From positions 15,013 to 79,012 of the IMG/VR virus record IMGVR_UViG_3300037510_000657: DNA of 64,000 bases. The stretch is one strand, 5' to 3'. Shown here piece after piece: positions 1-9,481 of the stretch (positions are counted from its first letter, which is position 1; each line of letters begins with the position of its first letter). The notes under the pieces are model-generated. The model was not told the DNA's origin and did not search any database. It saw only the letters and a list, made by a program, of their open reading frames with translations. The DNA is from a virus. Both the position numbers and the translations under genes were made by a program.

Positions 1-17
1 AGTCGATCGGTGGCCAC

Positions 18-641
18 ATGAAGGCTCACACCGCTCCGGGCTCGAGCTCGAAGGTGCGCGGCGCCATGGACCACGGTCTGCGCAACAAGGAGCGCTACGC
101 GGTCGGTGCGGGCGCGGCTGCGGCCGGCGTCGGCGCCAAGAAGGCGTTCGGCGGCAAGAACAAGGAGGCTTCGGCCTTCGAGAAGCTGGCCGAGCTCCGC
201 GCCGGTGAGCTCCTCGGCGCCGCTGGCGTCACCCCCGACATGCACAACCAGGTGATGCAGCAGCGCATCATGCAGGAGCAGGCTGCTCGTCAGCAGCAGG
301 CTCAGCAGCCGCAGAACCCGATGGCGGCGCTGCACCCGGCCTTCGCCGAGCAGCCTGGCCAGGAGCAGCCCGGCGTCGAGCAGGAGCAGCCTGCCGGTGA
401 CGAGCAGTTCAACGGCGCCCTGGACGAGCGCGCCCTCCAGCTGCTGGCGGAAGCCGGCTACAACGTCGACGCTCTCGTCGAGCAGCTGACCGGTGGTCAG
501 GGCGGCGAAGAGGGTCAGCAGGCCCAGGGTCAGCCTGGCCAGCAGCCGCAGCGTCCCGGCCAGCCCCAGCAGGGTGGCCAGTCGCAGGGCATCCCGAGCC
601 AGCAGGCCACTGGTGGCCAGGACGACGGAGCCCAGCAGTAA
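18..641 (+). CDS. Head-module protein with Q/P/G-rich tail (probably 5'-truncated by window edge)
   Basis: Frame is open to the window start; contains EKLA; followed by a terminator. Confidence 0.6.
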   Translation: MKAHTAPGSSSKVRGAMDHGLRNKERYAVGAGAAAAGVGAKKAFGGKNKEASAFEKLAELRAGELLGAAGVTPDMHNQVMQQRIMQEQAARQQQAQQPQNPMAALHPAFAEQPGQEQPGVEQEQPAGDEQFNGALDERALQLLAEAGYNVDALVEQLTGGQGGEEGQQAQGQPGQQPQRPGQPQQGGQSQGIPSQQATGGQDDGAQQ

Positions 642-649
642 CACCCCCT

Positions 650-703
650 GAGGCGGGGGAGGGGGTACTCCTCCTCCCATCCTCTCCTCCGCCTCTCTTT
701 TTT
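650..703 (+). terminator. Intrinsic terminator
   Basis: GAGGCGG...CCGCCTC stem followed by TCTTTTTTT. Confidence 0.65.
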
Positions 704-725
704 TGTTTGGACTGAAGGACTGAAG

Positions 726-1073
726 ATGCCGCAGTGGATTCACAACCGGGCCGAGCACATCCAGGACAAGAATCCTGGCATGCCGGAGTCCGAGTCGTGG
801 GCCATCGCGACGAATCAGTACAAGAAGTCTTCTGGCAAGGACAAGAGCGCCCAGCTGCTCCTGCCCTTCCTCGAAAGCTTCTCGGATGAGCTCTCCAAGA
901 TCGCGAACGCGATGATGGGCAGCCCTTCGACCGTGGGTGAGATCACCAGCACCGTGCCCAAGAACACGATGAAGATGACCACCCCGAAGTACACCAAGGT
1001 GAACCCCGATGGCCCGGCGAGCCCGGCCCAGAGCTACCAACCCGTACTGAGCCCGCCTCCAGTGCGGGGGTAA
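726..1073 (+). CDS. Hypothetical head-associated protein
   Basis: 115 aa; FSDELSKIANAMMG motif; in structural gene string. Confidence 0.6.
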   Translation: MPQWIHNRAEHIQDKNPGMPESESWAIATNQYKKSSGKDKSAQLLLPFLESFSDELSKIANAMMGSPSTVGEITSTVPKNTMKMTTPKYTKVNPDGPASPAQSYQPVLSPPPVRG

Positions 1074-1085
1074 CAGGAGAATGTC

Positions 1086-2477
1086 ATGAAGCCTCGGCTC
1101 CCACTCCAGGACATGATCGCCAGCGTCATCGAGACGGCCACGACCAAGCTCGCTTCCGACCAGGGCAACAAGAAGGTGCGTAACCTTCTGGCCTACGAGA
1201 AGAAGGAGCACGGTCACATCCCCACTCCCTCCGAGGAAGAGGCGGAGAAGACGGCCGGCTTCGACCTGACCGATCCGTCCTACATCGAGAAGCTGGCGTC
1301 CACGGTCGACCAGATCGCCGCCAACGTCGACAACATCGACGTCCGCCCCTCGGCCCTGAAGCAGGCGTCCGAAGGCTCGGCTGTCGGCGCGGGCAAGGGC
1401 CCGGGCGCCCTCGAGGTGTCGCAGGCCATCGGCGGCCAGCAGTCGCACAAGAAGGACCACTCGAAGACCCACGACGCGTCGAAGTCGACCGCGGACTCGC
1501 CCCTCTCGGCTGGCGGCCTCCCCGGCGGCAAGACCCAGATGGAGAACGACATGCACCACGCCCCCGGTGGCGGCAGCGTCGCTCCCACCGCGAAGTACCC
1601 GACCGAGGGCGTCTTCCGCACCAAGTCGGCGACCGACCGCTACGCGGCCGTCATCGCGAAGACCGCTGCGGAGATCCGCGGCGCCCAGGCGCCCGTCGTT
1701 CGTGAGCAGGCCCCTGCCGTCAAGACCGCCGGCGACAAGCTGCGCGCGGCCGTGATGAGCAAGCTCGCCGGCGAGGACGTCATGAAGGCGAACATCAGCT
1801 CGTCCAAGGACGGCGGCCCCCTCCCCGGTGACGGCGGCCTCAAGGTGATGCAGTCCGGCGAGAACGCCTCGGGCGAGTCGGGCAACGCCGGCTCGGGTGG
1901 CGGCAACAGCGCCCGCTCGAACATCGCCTCGAACAAGTCGGCGATCGACACCACCAAGGCCGACGCCAAGGGTCCCCAGAAGACCATGCTCGGTGAAGTT
2001 CTGGACGAGCCGGCGCTCAGCAAGAGCACCGACTCCGTCCTGCGCAACAACCTGCGGAATGCCAGCAGCGCTGGCGTGAAGATCGCAGCGGTCGCAGCCC
2101 TGAAGAAGATCGCTTCGGAAGGCTGCAAGTGTGATGGCAAGGGAGAGTGCGCTTCCTGCCAGCTGAAGTCGAAGGTCGCAGCAGCGAAGTCCAAGCAGGC
2201 GAACGCCATGATGGGCTACGGCGGCGGTGGTGGCATGGGCCAGGCCGGCGGCGGAGCCATGGGTGGCGGGATGTCGGCGACCGCTGACGCCGGAGCAGGC
2301 GCAGACGGATGCACGTGCGGCAACACCGGCGCGTGCCGAGTCTGCATGCTGAAGGCAGCTCTCGCTGCCGCGAAGGCTGGTGGCGGTGCCCCGATGGCCG
2401 GCGGCGGAGTGCCCCAGGGCGCTCCCGAGAAGGACTCCACCATGGGCGGATCGGCCCCGGTGGGCGGCCAGTACTAG
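1086..2477 (+). CDS. Low-complexity head-associated protein with two Cys clusters
   Basis: SD AGGAG; 14 K-x-A motifs by hand count; two CxC-x5-CxxC motifs. Confidence 0.65.
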   Translation: MKPRLPLQDMIASVIETATTKLASDQGNKKVRNLLAYEKKEHGHIPTPSEEEAEKTAGFDLTDPSYIEKLASTVDQIAANVDNIDVRPSALKQASEGSAVGAGKGPGALEVSQAIGGQQSHKKDHSKTHDASKSTADSPLSAGGLPGGKTQMENDMHHAPGGGSVAPTAKYPTEGVFRTKSATDRYAAVIAKTAAEIRGAQAPVVREQAPAVKTAGDKLRAAVMSKLAGEDVMKANISSSKDGGPLPGDGGLKVMQSGENASGESGNAGSGGGNSARSNIASNKSAIDTTKADAKGPQKTMLGEVLDEPALSKSTDSVLRNNLRNASSAGVKIAAVAALKKIASEGCKCDGKGECASCQLKSKVAAAKSKQANAMMGYGGGGGMGQAGGGAMGGGMSATADAGAGADGCTCGNTGACRVCMLKAALAAAKAGGGAPMAGGGVPQGAPEKDSTMGGSAPVGGQY

Positions 2478-2501
2478 ACCCGGAACAGGAGACAAACGAC
2501 C

Positions 2502-2849
2502 ATGAACAAGCTCGCAAGCAACAAGGTGGCCGGCGTCCTGAACCAGGTCGGTCCGGCCCTTCGCGCCCTCAGCGAAGAGAACCAGTCGCTGAAGGAGAAG
2601 ATCGCCCACTACGAGAAGCGGGAGCGGGTCGAGAAGATCGCGTCGTCCATGACGGCGAAGAACCTCGAGCCCGAGACCTCGTACGAGGAGAAGGTCGCCA
2701 GCCTCATGGCGTCCGGTGACCTCGACGTCGTGGAGAAGGCGATCTCGTTCTCTGCACCCCAGATCAAGCTGGCGGCACTCTCGGACGAGCCGGGCGGTGG
2801 CGCTGACGCGGCTTCGAACTTCGAAGCCTTCATCATCGCCGGCTCGTAA
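2502..2849 (+). CDS. Putative capsid scaffolding protein
   Basis: Coiled-coil, acidic; C-terminal hydrophobic helix ASNFEAFII; two genes upstream of the capsid gene. Confidence 0.5.
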   Translation: MNKLASNKVAGVLNQVGPALRALSEENQSLKEKIAHYEKRERVEKIASSMTAKNLEPETSYEEKVASLMASGDLDVVEKAISFSAPQIKLAALSDEPGGGADAASNFEAFIIAGS

Positions 2850-2882
2850 CGAACAACCGCTGACGACAAGGAGATTCCGACA

Positions 2883-3365
2883 ATGTCCACCGCCCCTCAC
2901 CTGAATCTGCTCTCCCCGGTTCTGCCGGTCGATCGCCGTGACTTCTACATGGACGACCCGACCCTCCTGAACCCGAACAACGCCAACCCCATCATCGATG
3001 GCGAGTGGCTGTCGCTGGACACCACCAGCGGCAAGCTCATCCGTGGCTCGGGCACCCTGGCGACCATGTCGTTCCAGGTCTTCTCCGAGAAGGGTCGCTA
3101 CGACACCCAGCCCATCGGCAAGGTGACGACCCTGTTCCTCGGTGGCTACGAGGCCGAGACCGACGTCTACACGTCGACCGGCCTGGCCATCAACTCCTTC
3201 CTGGTGGTCGGCGACGTCACTGTCGGTGGCCTCACCAAGAAGGGCCTCATCAAGCTGCCGACCGCCTCGGGTTCGTACCTGGTGGTCGGCTCCGTGACCA
3301 AGCTCCCCACGGGCAAGGTCCGCTACGTCAAGTTCGCCTCGCCCTGGCTGCGAGTCGTCCCGTAA
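2883..3365 (+). CDS. Putative capsid decoration/minor capsid protein
   Basis: 160 aa beta-rich protein immediately upstream of the major capsid gene. Confidence 0.5.
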   Translation: MSTAPHLNLLSPVLPVDRRDFYMDDPTLLNPNNANPIIDGEWLSLDTTSGKLIRGSGTLATMSFQVFSEKGRYDTQPIGKVTTLFLGGYEAETDVYTSTGLAINSFLVVGDVTVGGLTKKGLIKLPTASGSYLVVGSVTKLPTGKVRYVKFASPWLRVVP

Positions 3366-3415
3366 CCGAGCCGGAACAACCCGGTTAACTGAAGAACAGG
3401 AAACAGGAGATCACA

Positions 3416-4531
3416 ATGAGCAACGTTCCGGCGAGAGTACTGAACGACCTCTTCAACCAGCGGCTGGACACGTCCGAAGGCCGCGAGAAGGTCGCCGAGC
3501 AGGGTTCGGTCTACATCCGTGACCGTCTGCGCGAGGTCTGCTTCGTGGACAAGATCCTGCCCCCCGACCCGGTCACCCGGGCGGACTGCCAGGTCTCGGT
3601 CAACCACGACACGCTCGTGAAGATCGTCGAGATCGAGCCCAAGAGCCGCGCGATGACCATGTCGTTCCGTGGCCAGCCCACGGCGCGCTTCATCCGCGCT
3701 CCCCGCGTCGAGTGCCCCTTCTACACCATCTCCTCGGAGAAGTTCGAGAAGACGGAGCAGGAGCTCCTGGCGTACCAGATGCCGATCACCAAGGTGATCG
3801 AGGACAACTCGGTCAAGGATCTCCAGGAGATCAAGGACCGCGAGTTCCTCCGCTACATCGAGGCGGCGGTCCAGGCCCTGCAGTCGGATGCGAACGGTGG
3901 CGCGACCGCGCTCCGCGCGTCGACCTACGCGGCGACCGTCAAGAAGTCGGTCATCAAGGGCATCGGCGCCCAGGGCGCGTCGTCGGATGACTTCACGGTC
4001 TACCCGATCCTGCGCCCCGACCTGGTGAACCTCTTCAAGCTCATGGACGGTGAGCGTCTGCGTACGGAGCGGTTCATCATGACCGAGCCGGACTACGACG
4101 ACGTCCTCGCCTGGACCCTCCAGGACATGGGCGACAAGATGCAGTCGGAGACCATGGTCGACGGCTACAAGTACAACACGCTGCTCGGCCGCAAGCTGAT
4201 CCGCACCATCAAGACCGACATCCTGCGCATCGGCAACGTGTACGCGTTCGCCGCGCCGGAGTTCCTCGGCAAGAACTTCGTCCTCAACAACACGAAGTTC
4301 TACATCGACAAGGTGGCGAACCTGATCACCTGGCAGTCGTGGATGGACATCGGCATGATCATCGCGAACATCGCGTCGGTCCGGAAGCTCGAGCTGTACC
4401 CCGGCTCGGTGACCACCTCGGCCACCGACTCGGGCTACGCGGCGAAGCTGCCCGTGGAAGAGGACGAGCTGGGCGCGGAGAACAACAAGGTCGACAGCGG
4501 CCTCAAGTACCCCGACGTCTCGCAGTTCTAA
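3416..4531 (+). CDS. Major capsid protein (probably HK97 fold)
   Basis: 371 aa; strong SD; strongly biased codons; terminator downstream; position after scaffold/decoration-like genes. Confidence 0.7.
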   Translation: MSNVPARVLNDLFNQRLDTSEGREKVAEQGSVYIRDRLREVCFVDKILPPDPVTRADCQVSVNHDTLVKIVEIEPKSRAMTMSFRGQPTARFIRAPRVECPFYTISSEKFEKTEQELLAYQMPITKVIEDNSVKDLQEIKDREFLRYIEAAVQALQSDANGGATALRASTYAATVKKSVIKGIGAQGASSDDFTVYPILRPDLVNLFKLMDGERLRTERFIMTEPDYDDVLAWTLQDMGDKMQSETMVDGYKYNTLLGRKLIRTIKTDILRIGNVYAFAAPEFLGKNFVLNNTKFYIDKVANLITWQSWMDIGMIIANIASVRKLELYPGSVTTSATDSGYAAKLPVEEDELGAENNKVDSGLKYPDVSQF

Positions 4532-4563
4532 GCGAGGCGCAGGGCTGTCCCTGCACACATACT

Positions 4564-4605
4564 GGGGGCACCTGGACAACTCGGTTCGGGTGCCCCCTTT
4601 TCTTT
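4564..4605 (+). terminator. Intrinsic terminator after capsid gene
   Basis: GGGGGCACC/GGTGCCCCC stem followed by TTTTCTTT. Confidence 0.8.
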
Positions 4606-4641
4606 CTTGGCTTCTTGGCAAGAAGGACGGAGGCTGGAACG

Positions 4642-5220
4642 ATGTGGAAGATCACGAATACTGCGTTCGACCGTAACAAGGAACTCCTGCACCGGCAGGC
4701 GGCCAAGTTCAACCCGTGCCCCATGGTGGGCGGCAAGGTCCTCCGCCGTGGTGACTCGATCACCATCAGCGACGAGGTCTTCGCCACGACCGAGACCTAC
4801 CTGCGCGAGCTGGTGCGTACCGGCGTCATCGTCATGGCTCGTCTGGGCGTCACCGAAGACCCGAGCGGCATCGGCACCTCGCCCAGCGACCCCGACGCCA
4901 AGCACACGGATGGTGGCATCATCATCTCTGCTCCGAAGGCTGCCCACACCGATGGCGGCATCATCGTCACGGAGCCCCTCAAGACCGGCGTCATCATCAC
5001 CGACCCCCTGAAGGTCGAAGCGCCCGCCGGCGATGATGTGGCCCCTGTCGACGAAGTCGCGGCTGTCGAAGCCTCCGTCGAAGAGGTCGCCAAGACCGAG
5101 GAGTTCCTGGCCGATGTCGAAGCCGGCATCAAGGAGCTCGACGAGGGCAAGGGCGTGAGCACGGAAGAGCTCAAGGCGTCGTTCGAGGGCAAGAAGAAGA
5201 ACAAGAAGAACCGGCAGTAG
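4642..5220 (+). CDS. Post-capsid protein with GIGTSPSDP and HTDGGII repeats
   Basis: ATG 4642 after GGAGG; N-terminal domain resembles 5231..5608. Confidence 0.65.
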   Translation: MWKITNTAFDRNKELLHRQAAKFNPCPMVGGKVLRRGDSITISDEVFATTETYLRELVRTGVIVMARLGVTEDPSGIGTSPSDPDAKHTDGGIIISAPKAAHTDGGIIVTEPLKTGVIITDPLKVEAPAGDDVAPVDEVAAVEASVEEVAKTEEFLADVEAGIKELDEGKGVSTEELKASFEGKKKNKKNRQ

Positions 5221-5230
5221 GAGGTGACCC

Positions 5231-5608
5231 ATGATCGTCGTGGTCACCAACATCACTGATGTGCCTGGCGACCGTGGGGCAAGCCCTACGGAGGTCGAGG
5301 TCTACAACAAGCGTCTCGCCCCTGGTGGGACCCTGCGCCTTCCGGCCGAGCTCGTGAACAAGCGAGTCCGGGACCTGGAGAAGCAGGGCCTCGTCGCCAT
5401 CGGAGCGGTGCCGCCCTGGTACGTCCGGGCCAAGACCCGTGGCGGCAGCAGGGCCCTCACTGCGGAAGAGAAGGCCAAGCGCAACGTCACCCCTCCCCCT
5501 CCGCCGGCTCCGCCCGCGAAGGTTCTCCTCCTCGAAGACGTCGTCCCTGCCGTCATCGAAGGCGACGAGTTCGAGCTCAAGGCTTCGAAGAAGCAGAAGA
5601 AGGGGTAG
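5231..5608 (+). CDS. Post-capsid small protein, paralog-like to 4642..5220
   Basis: SD GGAGG; shared pattern TN...L.pG.s..i..e.....lr.L...G. Confidence 0.6.
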   Translation: MIVVVTNITDVPGDRGASPTEVEVYNKRLAPGGTLRLPAELVNKRVRDLEKQGLVAIGAVPPWYVRAKTRGGSRALTAEEKAKRNVTPPPPPAPPAKVLLLEDVVPAVIEGDEFELKASKKQKKG

Positions 5609-5610
5609 CC

Positions 5611-6102
5611 ATGTCGGATATCGTCGGCACCTCTGTCCCGTCCATCGAGCTCGCCATGGAGCAGTTCATCTCCACGGTGCGTCTCTTCACTCGCGACTAC
5701 CCGGCGTTGAACCGGCTCATCCAGGGTGAGGAGAGCTCGAACCGCCTCATCGCCTGGGCGGTCATCGACGCCATCGACGACTTCAACTCGACCCCTCCGC
5801 TCACCCGGTGGGGCTTCTCCAACTTCCCCTCTCGCCACCTTCTCCTGCGGGGCACGGTCATCAGCCTCCTGGAGTCGGTCGGCCTCCTCATGACCCGCAA
5901 CCACCTCACGTTCTCGGACGGCGGCATCCAGGTGGGCGTGAGTGACAAGACCCCGCTGATCCAGTCGTGGATCCAGCTTTTCACCAACAAGTACGAAGAG
6001 AAGAAGCTCCGTCTCAAGATCTCGATGAACATCGAGGGTGCCTGGGAGGGCGGCGTCCACTCGGAGTACCTCTGGACCTCCGGCTTCTACGGGGGCTGGT
6101 AG
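5611..6102 (+). CDS. Putative head-tail adaptor/head completion protein
   Basis: 163 aa helical protein downstream of the capsid gene. Confidence 0.45.
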   Translation: MSDIVGTSVPSIELAMEQFISTVRLFTRDYPALNRLIQGEESSNRLIAWAVIDAIDDFNSTPPLTRWGFSNFPSRHLLLRGTVISLLESVGLLMTRNHLTFSDGGIQVGVSDKTPLIQSWIQLFTNKYEEKKLRLKISMNIEGAWEGGVHSEYLWTSGFYGGW

Positions 6103-6141
6103 GGCCTTCCCACCCAGTGCCTCTGAGAGGAGAATGACCCC

Positions 6142-6297
6142 ATGGCTGCTGCAATTCCCAAGTTCGACGTCGCGATCTTCGCCGACCCCCACGCTCTCAA
6201 GCTCTTCGTGAACAACGGAAGCAGCGTGGTGGCTTCGATCGTCGACATCGTCTGCGACTCGAGTGGCAAGTACATCCTCTTCTACATCCACACCTAG
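6142..6297 (+). CDS. Small hypothetical protein (51 aa, not in ORF track)
   Basis: MAAAIPKFDVAIF...FYIHT; SD GAGGAG; fills the gap between neighbours. Confidence 0.5.
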   Translation: MAAAIPKFDVAIFADPHALKLFVNNGSSVVASIVDIVCDSSGKYILFYIHT

Positions 6298-6306
6298 GAG
6301 ACGACG

Positions 6307-7068
6307 ATGGACAACGACTTCGACTTCTACGGTGGGCTGCGAGACGAGGACGATGTCCAGTCGGAGCGCCATGCCGCGGCCGAGCACTTCGTTCGCCTGA
6401 AGAAGCAGCACGGTCACCTTCCCGACAACGACCCCCAGCCGCTCGAGAAGGAGGCCATGATGGGCGCTCTTCTCGGTGCGGCCGCCAAGGGCATCGGCGG
6501 TCTGGCCACTCGCAAGGGTGTCGCCAGCCTGGCCGGCAACGTCGTGAAGGACGCTGTCGTCGGCAAGGCTGTCGGTGCTGTGGGCAACGCCATGAAGCCT
6601 GCCGCCGCTCCCGTGCAGCAGGCTGCCCAGGGCTTCAAGTACGCCGGCCTCGGCGCCATCGTCGCGGACGTGACGGGTGCCAAGGACAAGCTCAAGAAGG
6701 CGGTCGAGGAGCTCAAGGAGAAGAAGGCCAACGCCCTGGCCGCCATCAAGGACCCCGCCTCGTGGCCGTTCATGGCTGCGGGCGGTCTTCTGGCCGGTGG
6801 TCACTCCATCATGCAGAACCGCCCCAAGAAGGACCTGGGCGGCAAGAGCGAGAACGAGATCTCGAAGGAAGACGCCGTTGCCCGGCTTCGTGCCCGCGGC
6901 GAAGAGAAGGGTCTCTTCCAGAAGCTCAAGAACCGCACCACGGAGATGGAGGCCGGTACTGCCAAGGCCCTCCGTGAGCACCCCGTCAAGGCATCCCTGA
7001 TCGGCACCGGCGTCGGTGCTGGTCTCGGCCTGGGCCTGGCACAACTGCTCGGCGCCGGAGGCAAGTAA
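6307..7068 (+). CDS. Glycine-zipper-containing virion (possibly ejection) protein
   Basis: KEAMMGALLGAAA, KYAG, and C-terminal GTGVGAGLGLGLA segments. Confidence 0.55.
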   Translation: MDNDFDFYGGLRDEDDVQSERHAAAEHFVRLKKQHGHLPDNDPQPLEKEAMMGALLGAAAKGIGGLATRKGVASLAGNVVKDAVVGKAVGAVGNAMKPAAAPVQQAAQGFKYAGLGAIVADVTGAKDKLKKAVEELKEKKANALAAIKDPASWPFMAAGGLLAGGHSIMQNRPKKDLGGKSENEISKEDAVARLRARGEEKGLFQKLKNRTTEMEAGTAKALREHPVKASLIGTGVGAGLGLGLAQLLGAGGK

Positions 7069-7069
7069 C

Positions 7070-8590
7070 ATGAAGGACTGGCTGGTCAAGCTCGCAGAGA
7101 TGGAGCCCACGGACGAGCAGCAGTACGCCGAGGCGGTGGCTCAGCTGCCCCTCGAGGACCTGCTCGAGATCGCCAACGACCGTCCCGAGACCGTCTCGGA
7201 GATGGACACCCTCGCCGAGAAGATGGCCCACTACGACCAGCTCGGTCGGGAGATGGCCCACCAGCACGGCGAGGAGCTCATGAAGACCGCCTTCTCGATC
7301 ACGGAGAAGGGGCACGAGTACGATGCCAAGAAGCATCGCCTGCTCGCTCGGCAGAATGCCGAGATGGGAGCATTGCGCCAGGACTACCAGTCCATGGCCG
7401 GCATCGGAGCTCCGGCTACTCTCGGGTCGGTATTCCGCTTCGGCTTCGCCGAGGACCGCCCGGATGCCGCGGCTCGTCATCACGAGTACGTCGCCAAGAA
7501 GCACGAAGAGGGGAAGAACGCCTGGAACCCGCTGGGCGGCATGCTCACTCCCTCTTCTCACGAAGAAGGCGGAACTACTGGTATCGGCAGTCGGTACGGC
7601 AAGTCCGTCCCGAAGCCCGACAAGAAGCCCGACCAGGAGACCGAGAAGAAGGCCAACGTCATGAGCTCGCTCGTGGCGGCCGGTGGCGGCAAGGGCGGCA
7701 AGCTCCTGTCCGGCGCCGCGCAGATGATGCAGAAGAACCCCACCAAGGCGCTGGCCATCGGCGGTGCTGCGGTCGGAGCAGTCAACGGCCTCACCCGTGA
7801 CCCCGGCGTGGACCCCGCAACGGGCCAGCCTCGCTCGCGTCTCGCCGGCGCTGCCAAGGGAGCCATCGGTGGTGGAGCTCTCGGAGCGGCCGCGGGTCAC
7901 TTCGCCCCCAAGGCAGTCGGTGGTCGTGTCCAGGCCGCCGGCAAGCAGCTCGGTGGAGCTGTCGCTGCACACACTCCCGGCCCGCTCACCCAGATGATGC
8001 CCTCCATGCCGGCCGCCGGTAGCTCCGGCAACGGAGTGCTCCAGGCCAAGCCCGGCATGATGGACAGGCTGAAGGCCCGCTTCGCTGGTCCGAAGGCCCA
8101 GCCCTCGGTGCCCGGCGCTGCTGTGGCTGGTCCCGAGTGGGAGCAGAACAAGGTCGCCAAGGAGAAGCTCGCCATGCTGGCTTCGATGTGCGGCTCGAGC
8201 GGTGGCGGGGACACCTGGCTCTCGCAGTTCGAAGGCACTCCCCTCATGGAGAAGGCCATCGCCCTGGAAGAGCAGGAGCTCCAGATGGAGATGGCGGAGA
8301 TCCAGAAGCGTCAGCAGGATGCGGCCGAGAGCGAGGCTCGGATGCAGGAGAGCCAGGCTCGGTGGGCCCAGGTCGACCAGCTGAACCTCCAGCGCCGTGT
8401 TCTTGCGCTCGAGCTCGCCAAGTACAACATGGGCGCCGACAGCGTCCTCGCCCCCATGGGCGGTGCTCCCCAGGGTGCCGCTCCTCCCGCCCCTGACCAG
8501 GGTGCTCAGCCCTCTGCGCCCCCTGCTCCCGCCGATGCGCCTCAGGGCCAGCCGGACGCCGGCCAGGCCAAGGTCGCGTACCGGTTCTAG
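7070..8590 (+). CDS. Glycine-zipper/coiled-coil virion (possibly ejection) protein
   Basis: ATG 7070 directly after previous stop; K-x-A-bounded segments; GAAKGAIGGGALGAAAG. Confidence 0.55.
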   Translation: MKDWLVKLAEMEPTDEQQYAEAVAQLPLEDLLEIANDRPETVSEMDTLAEKMAHYDQLGREMAHQHGEELMKTAFSITEKGHEYDAKKHRLLARQNAEMGALRQDYQSMAGIGAPATLGSVFRFGFAEDRPDAAARHHEYVAKKHEEGKNAWNPLGGMLTPSSHEEGGTTGIGSRYGKSVPKPDKKPDQETEKKANVMSSLVAAGGGKGGKLLSGAAQMMQKNPTKALAIGGAAVGAVNGLTRDPGVDPATGQPRSRLAGAAKGAIGGGALGAAAGHFAPKAVGGRVQAAGKQLGGAVAAHTPGPLTQMMPSMPAAGSSGNGVLQAKPGMMDRLKARFAGPKAQPSVPGAAVAGPEWEQNKVAKEKLAMLASMCGSSGGGDTWLSQFEGTPLMEKAIALEEQELQMEMAEIQKRQQDAAESEARMQESQARWAQVDQLNLQRRVLALELAKYNMGADSVLAPMGGAPQGAAPPAPDQGAQPSAPPAPADAPQGQPDAGQAKVAYRF

Positions 8591-8593
8591 TAC

Positions 8594-9481
8594 ATGCTGA
8601 ACGTCACCAAGTTCTACGCGAAGTCCTTCGACCTCGACCACCTGGACATCTTCTGGGAGCTCGGGGACTTCGACGGTGACATCCACCGCTACCAGTTCAT
8701 CCTGCGGCGGTCGGAGGGTCCTGTCGGGCCCTTCGAGCAGCTCTGCGCTCCCTTCGAGGACCAGTACTACTTCCGGGACACCACGCCGGCGCTGCTGCAC
8801 AAGTGGCGCAACCTGTACTACGAGCTCGAGATCATCGACAAGCAGACCAGCGAGAGCATGAAGGTCGGCCCCACCGCCCAGGTCCCCGAGCCCGATCTCA
8901 TCGGTCTGGAGATCATGCGGCAGGAGGATGTGCTCTTCCGGGAGCATGTCGGTCGCCGCTGCTGGCTCTTCCCCGTGCGGACCTTCGGCGCCAAGTGCGT
9001 CTGTTTCGACCGAGTCGCCGGAAGACGAACGAAGTCGAACTGCCTCAACTGCTTCGACACCGGCTACCTGGGTGGCTACCTGTCCCCCATCGAGTGCTTC
9101 GTGCAGCTCGACCCGAACGCCAACGCCCCCCAGAACACCCCCATGGGAGAGCAGCAGTCGAACCTCACCTCGGCCAGGCTCATTTCCTTCCCACCCGTAA
9201 AGCCTAAGGATATCTTGGTGGAAGCTGAGAACCACCGGTGGCGGGTGACCCAGGTGAACACCACTCAGCGCCTTCGGGCAGTGGTTCACCAGGAGCTGGT
9301 ACTGAAGCAGATCGAGGGCGGCGACGCCGAGTACAGGGTCCCCATCAACATCAGCGACCTCCGGGCTCTGGCTCCTGCGTCCGAGCGGAACTTCTCGAAC
9401 CCACAGCATGTCGACGAGCCCCTCAATGTCAAAGACCTACTCGCCGTGTACGGCTATAAGCCGCGCGGCAGTGCTCGATGA
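8594..9481 (+). CDS. Putative neck/head-closure protein with Zn-finger-like motif
   Basis: CVC...CLNCFDTGYLGGY motif; lies between head and tail genes. Confidence 0.45.
   Translation: MLNVTKFYAKSFDLDHLDIFWELGDFDGDIHRYQFILRRSEGPVGPFEQLCAPFEDQYYFRDTTPALLHKWRNLYYELEIIDKQTSESMKVGPTAQVPEPDLIGLEIMRQEDVLFREHVGRRCWLFPVRTFGAKCVCFDRVAGRRTKSNCLNCFDTGYLGGYLSPIECFVQLDPNANAPQNTPMGEQQSNLTSARLISFPPVKPKDILVEAENHRWRVTQVNTTQRLRAVVHQELVLKQIEGGDAEYRVPINISDLRALAPASERNFSNPQHVDEPLNVKDLLAVYGYKPRGSAR

Noticed and set aside
1071-3410. Recurrent AACAGGAG before structural genes as a late promoter
   Set aside because: It is adequately explained as Shine-Dalgarno context, and no fixed-spacing partner element was found.
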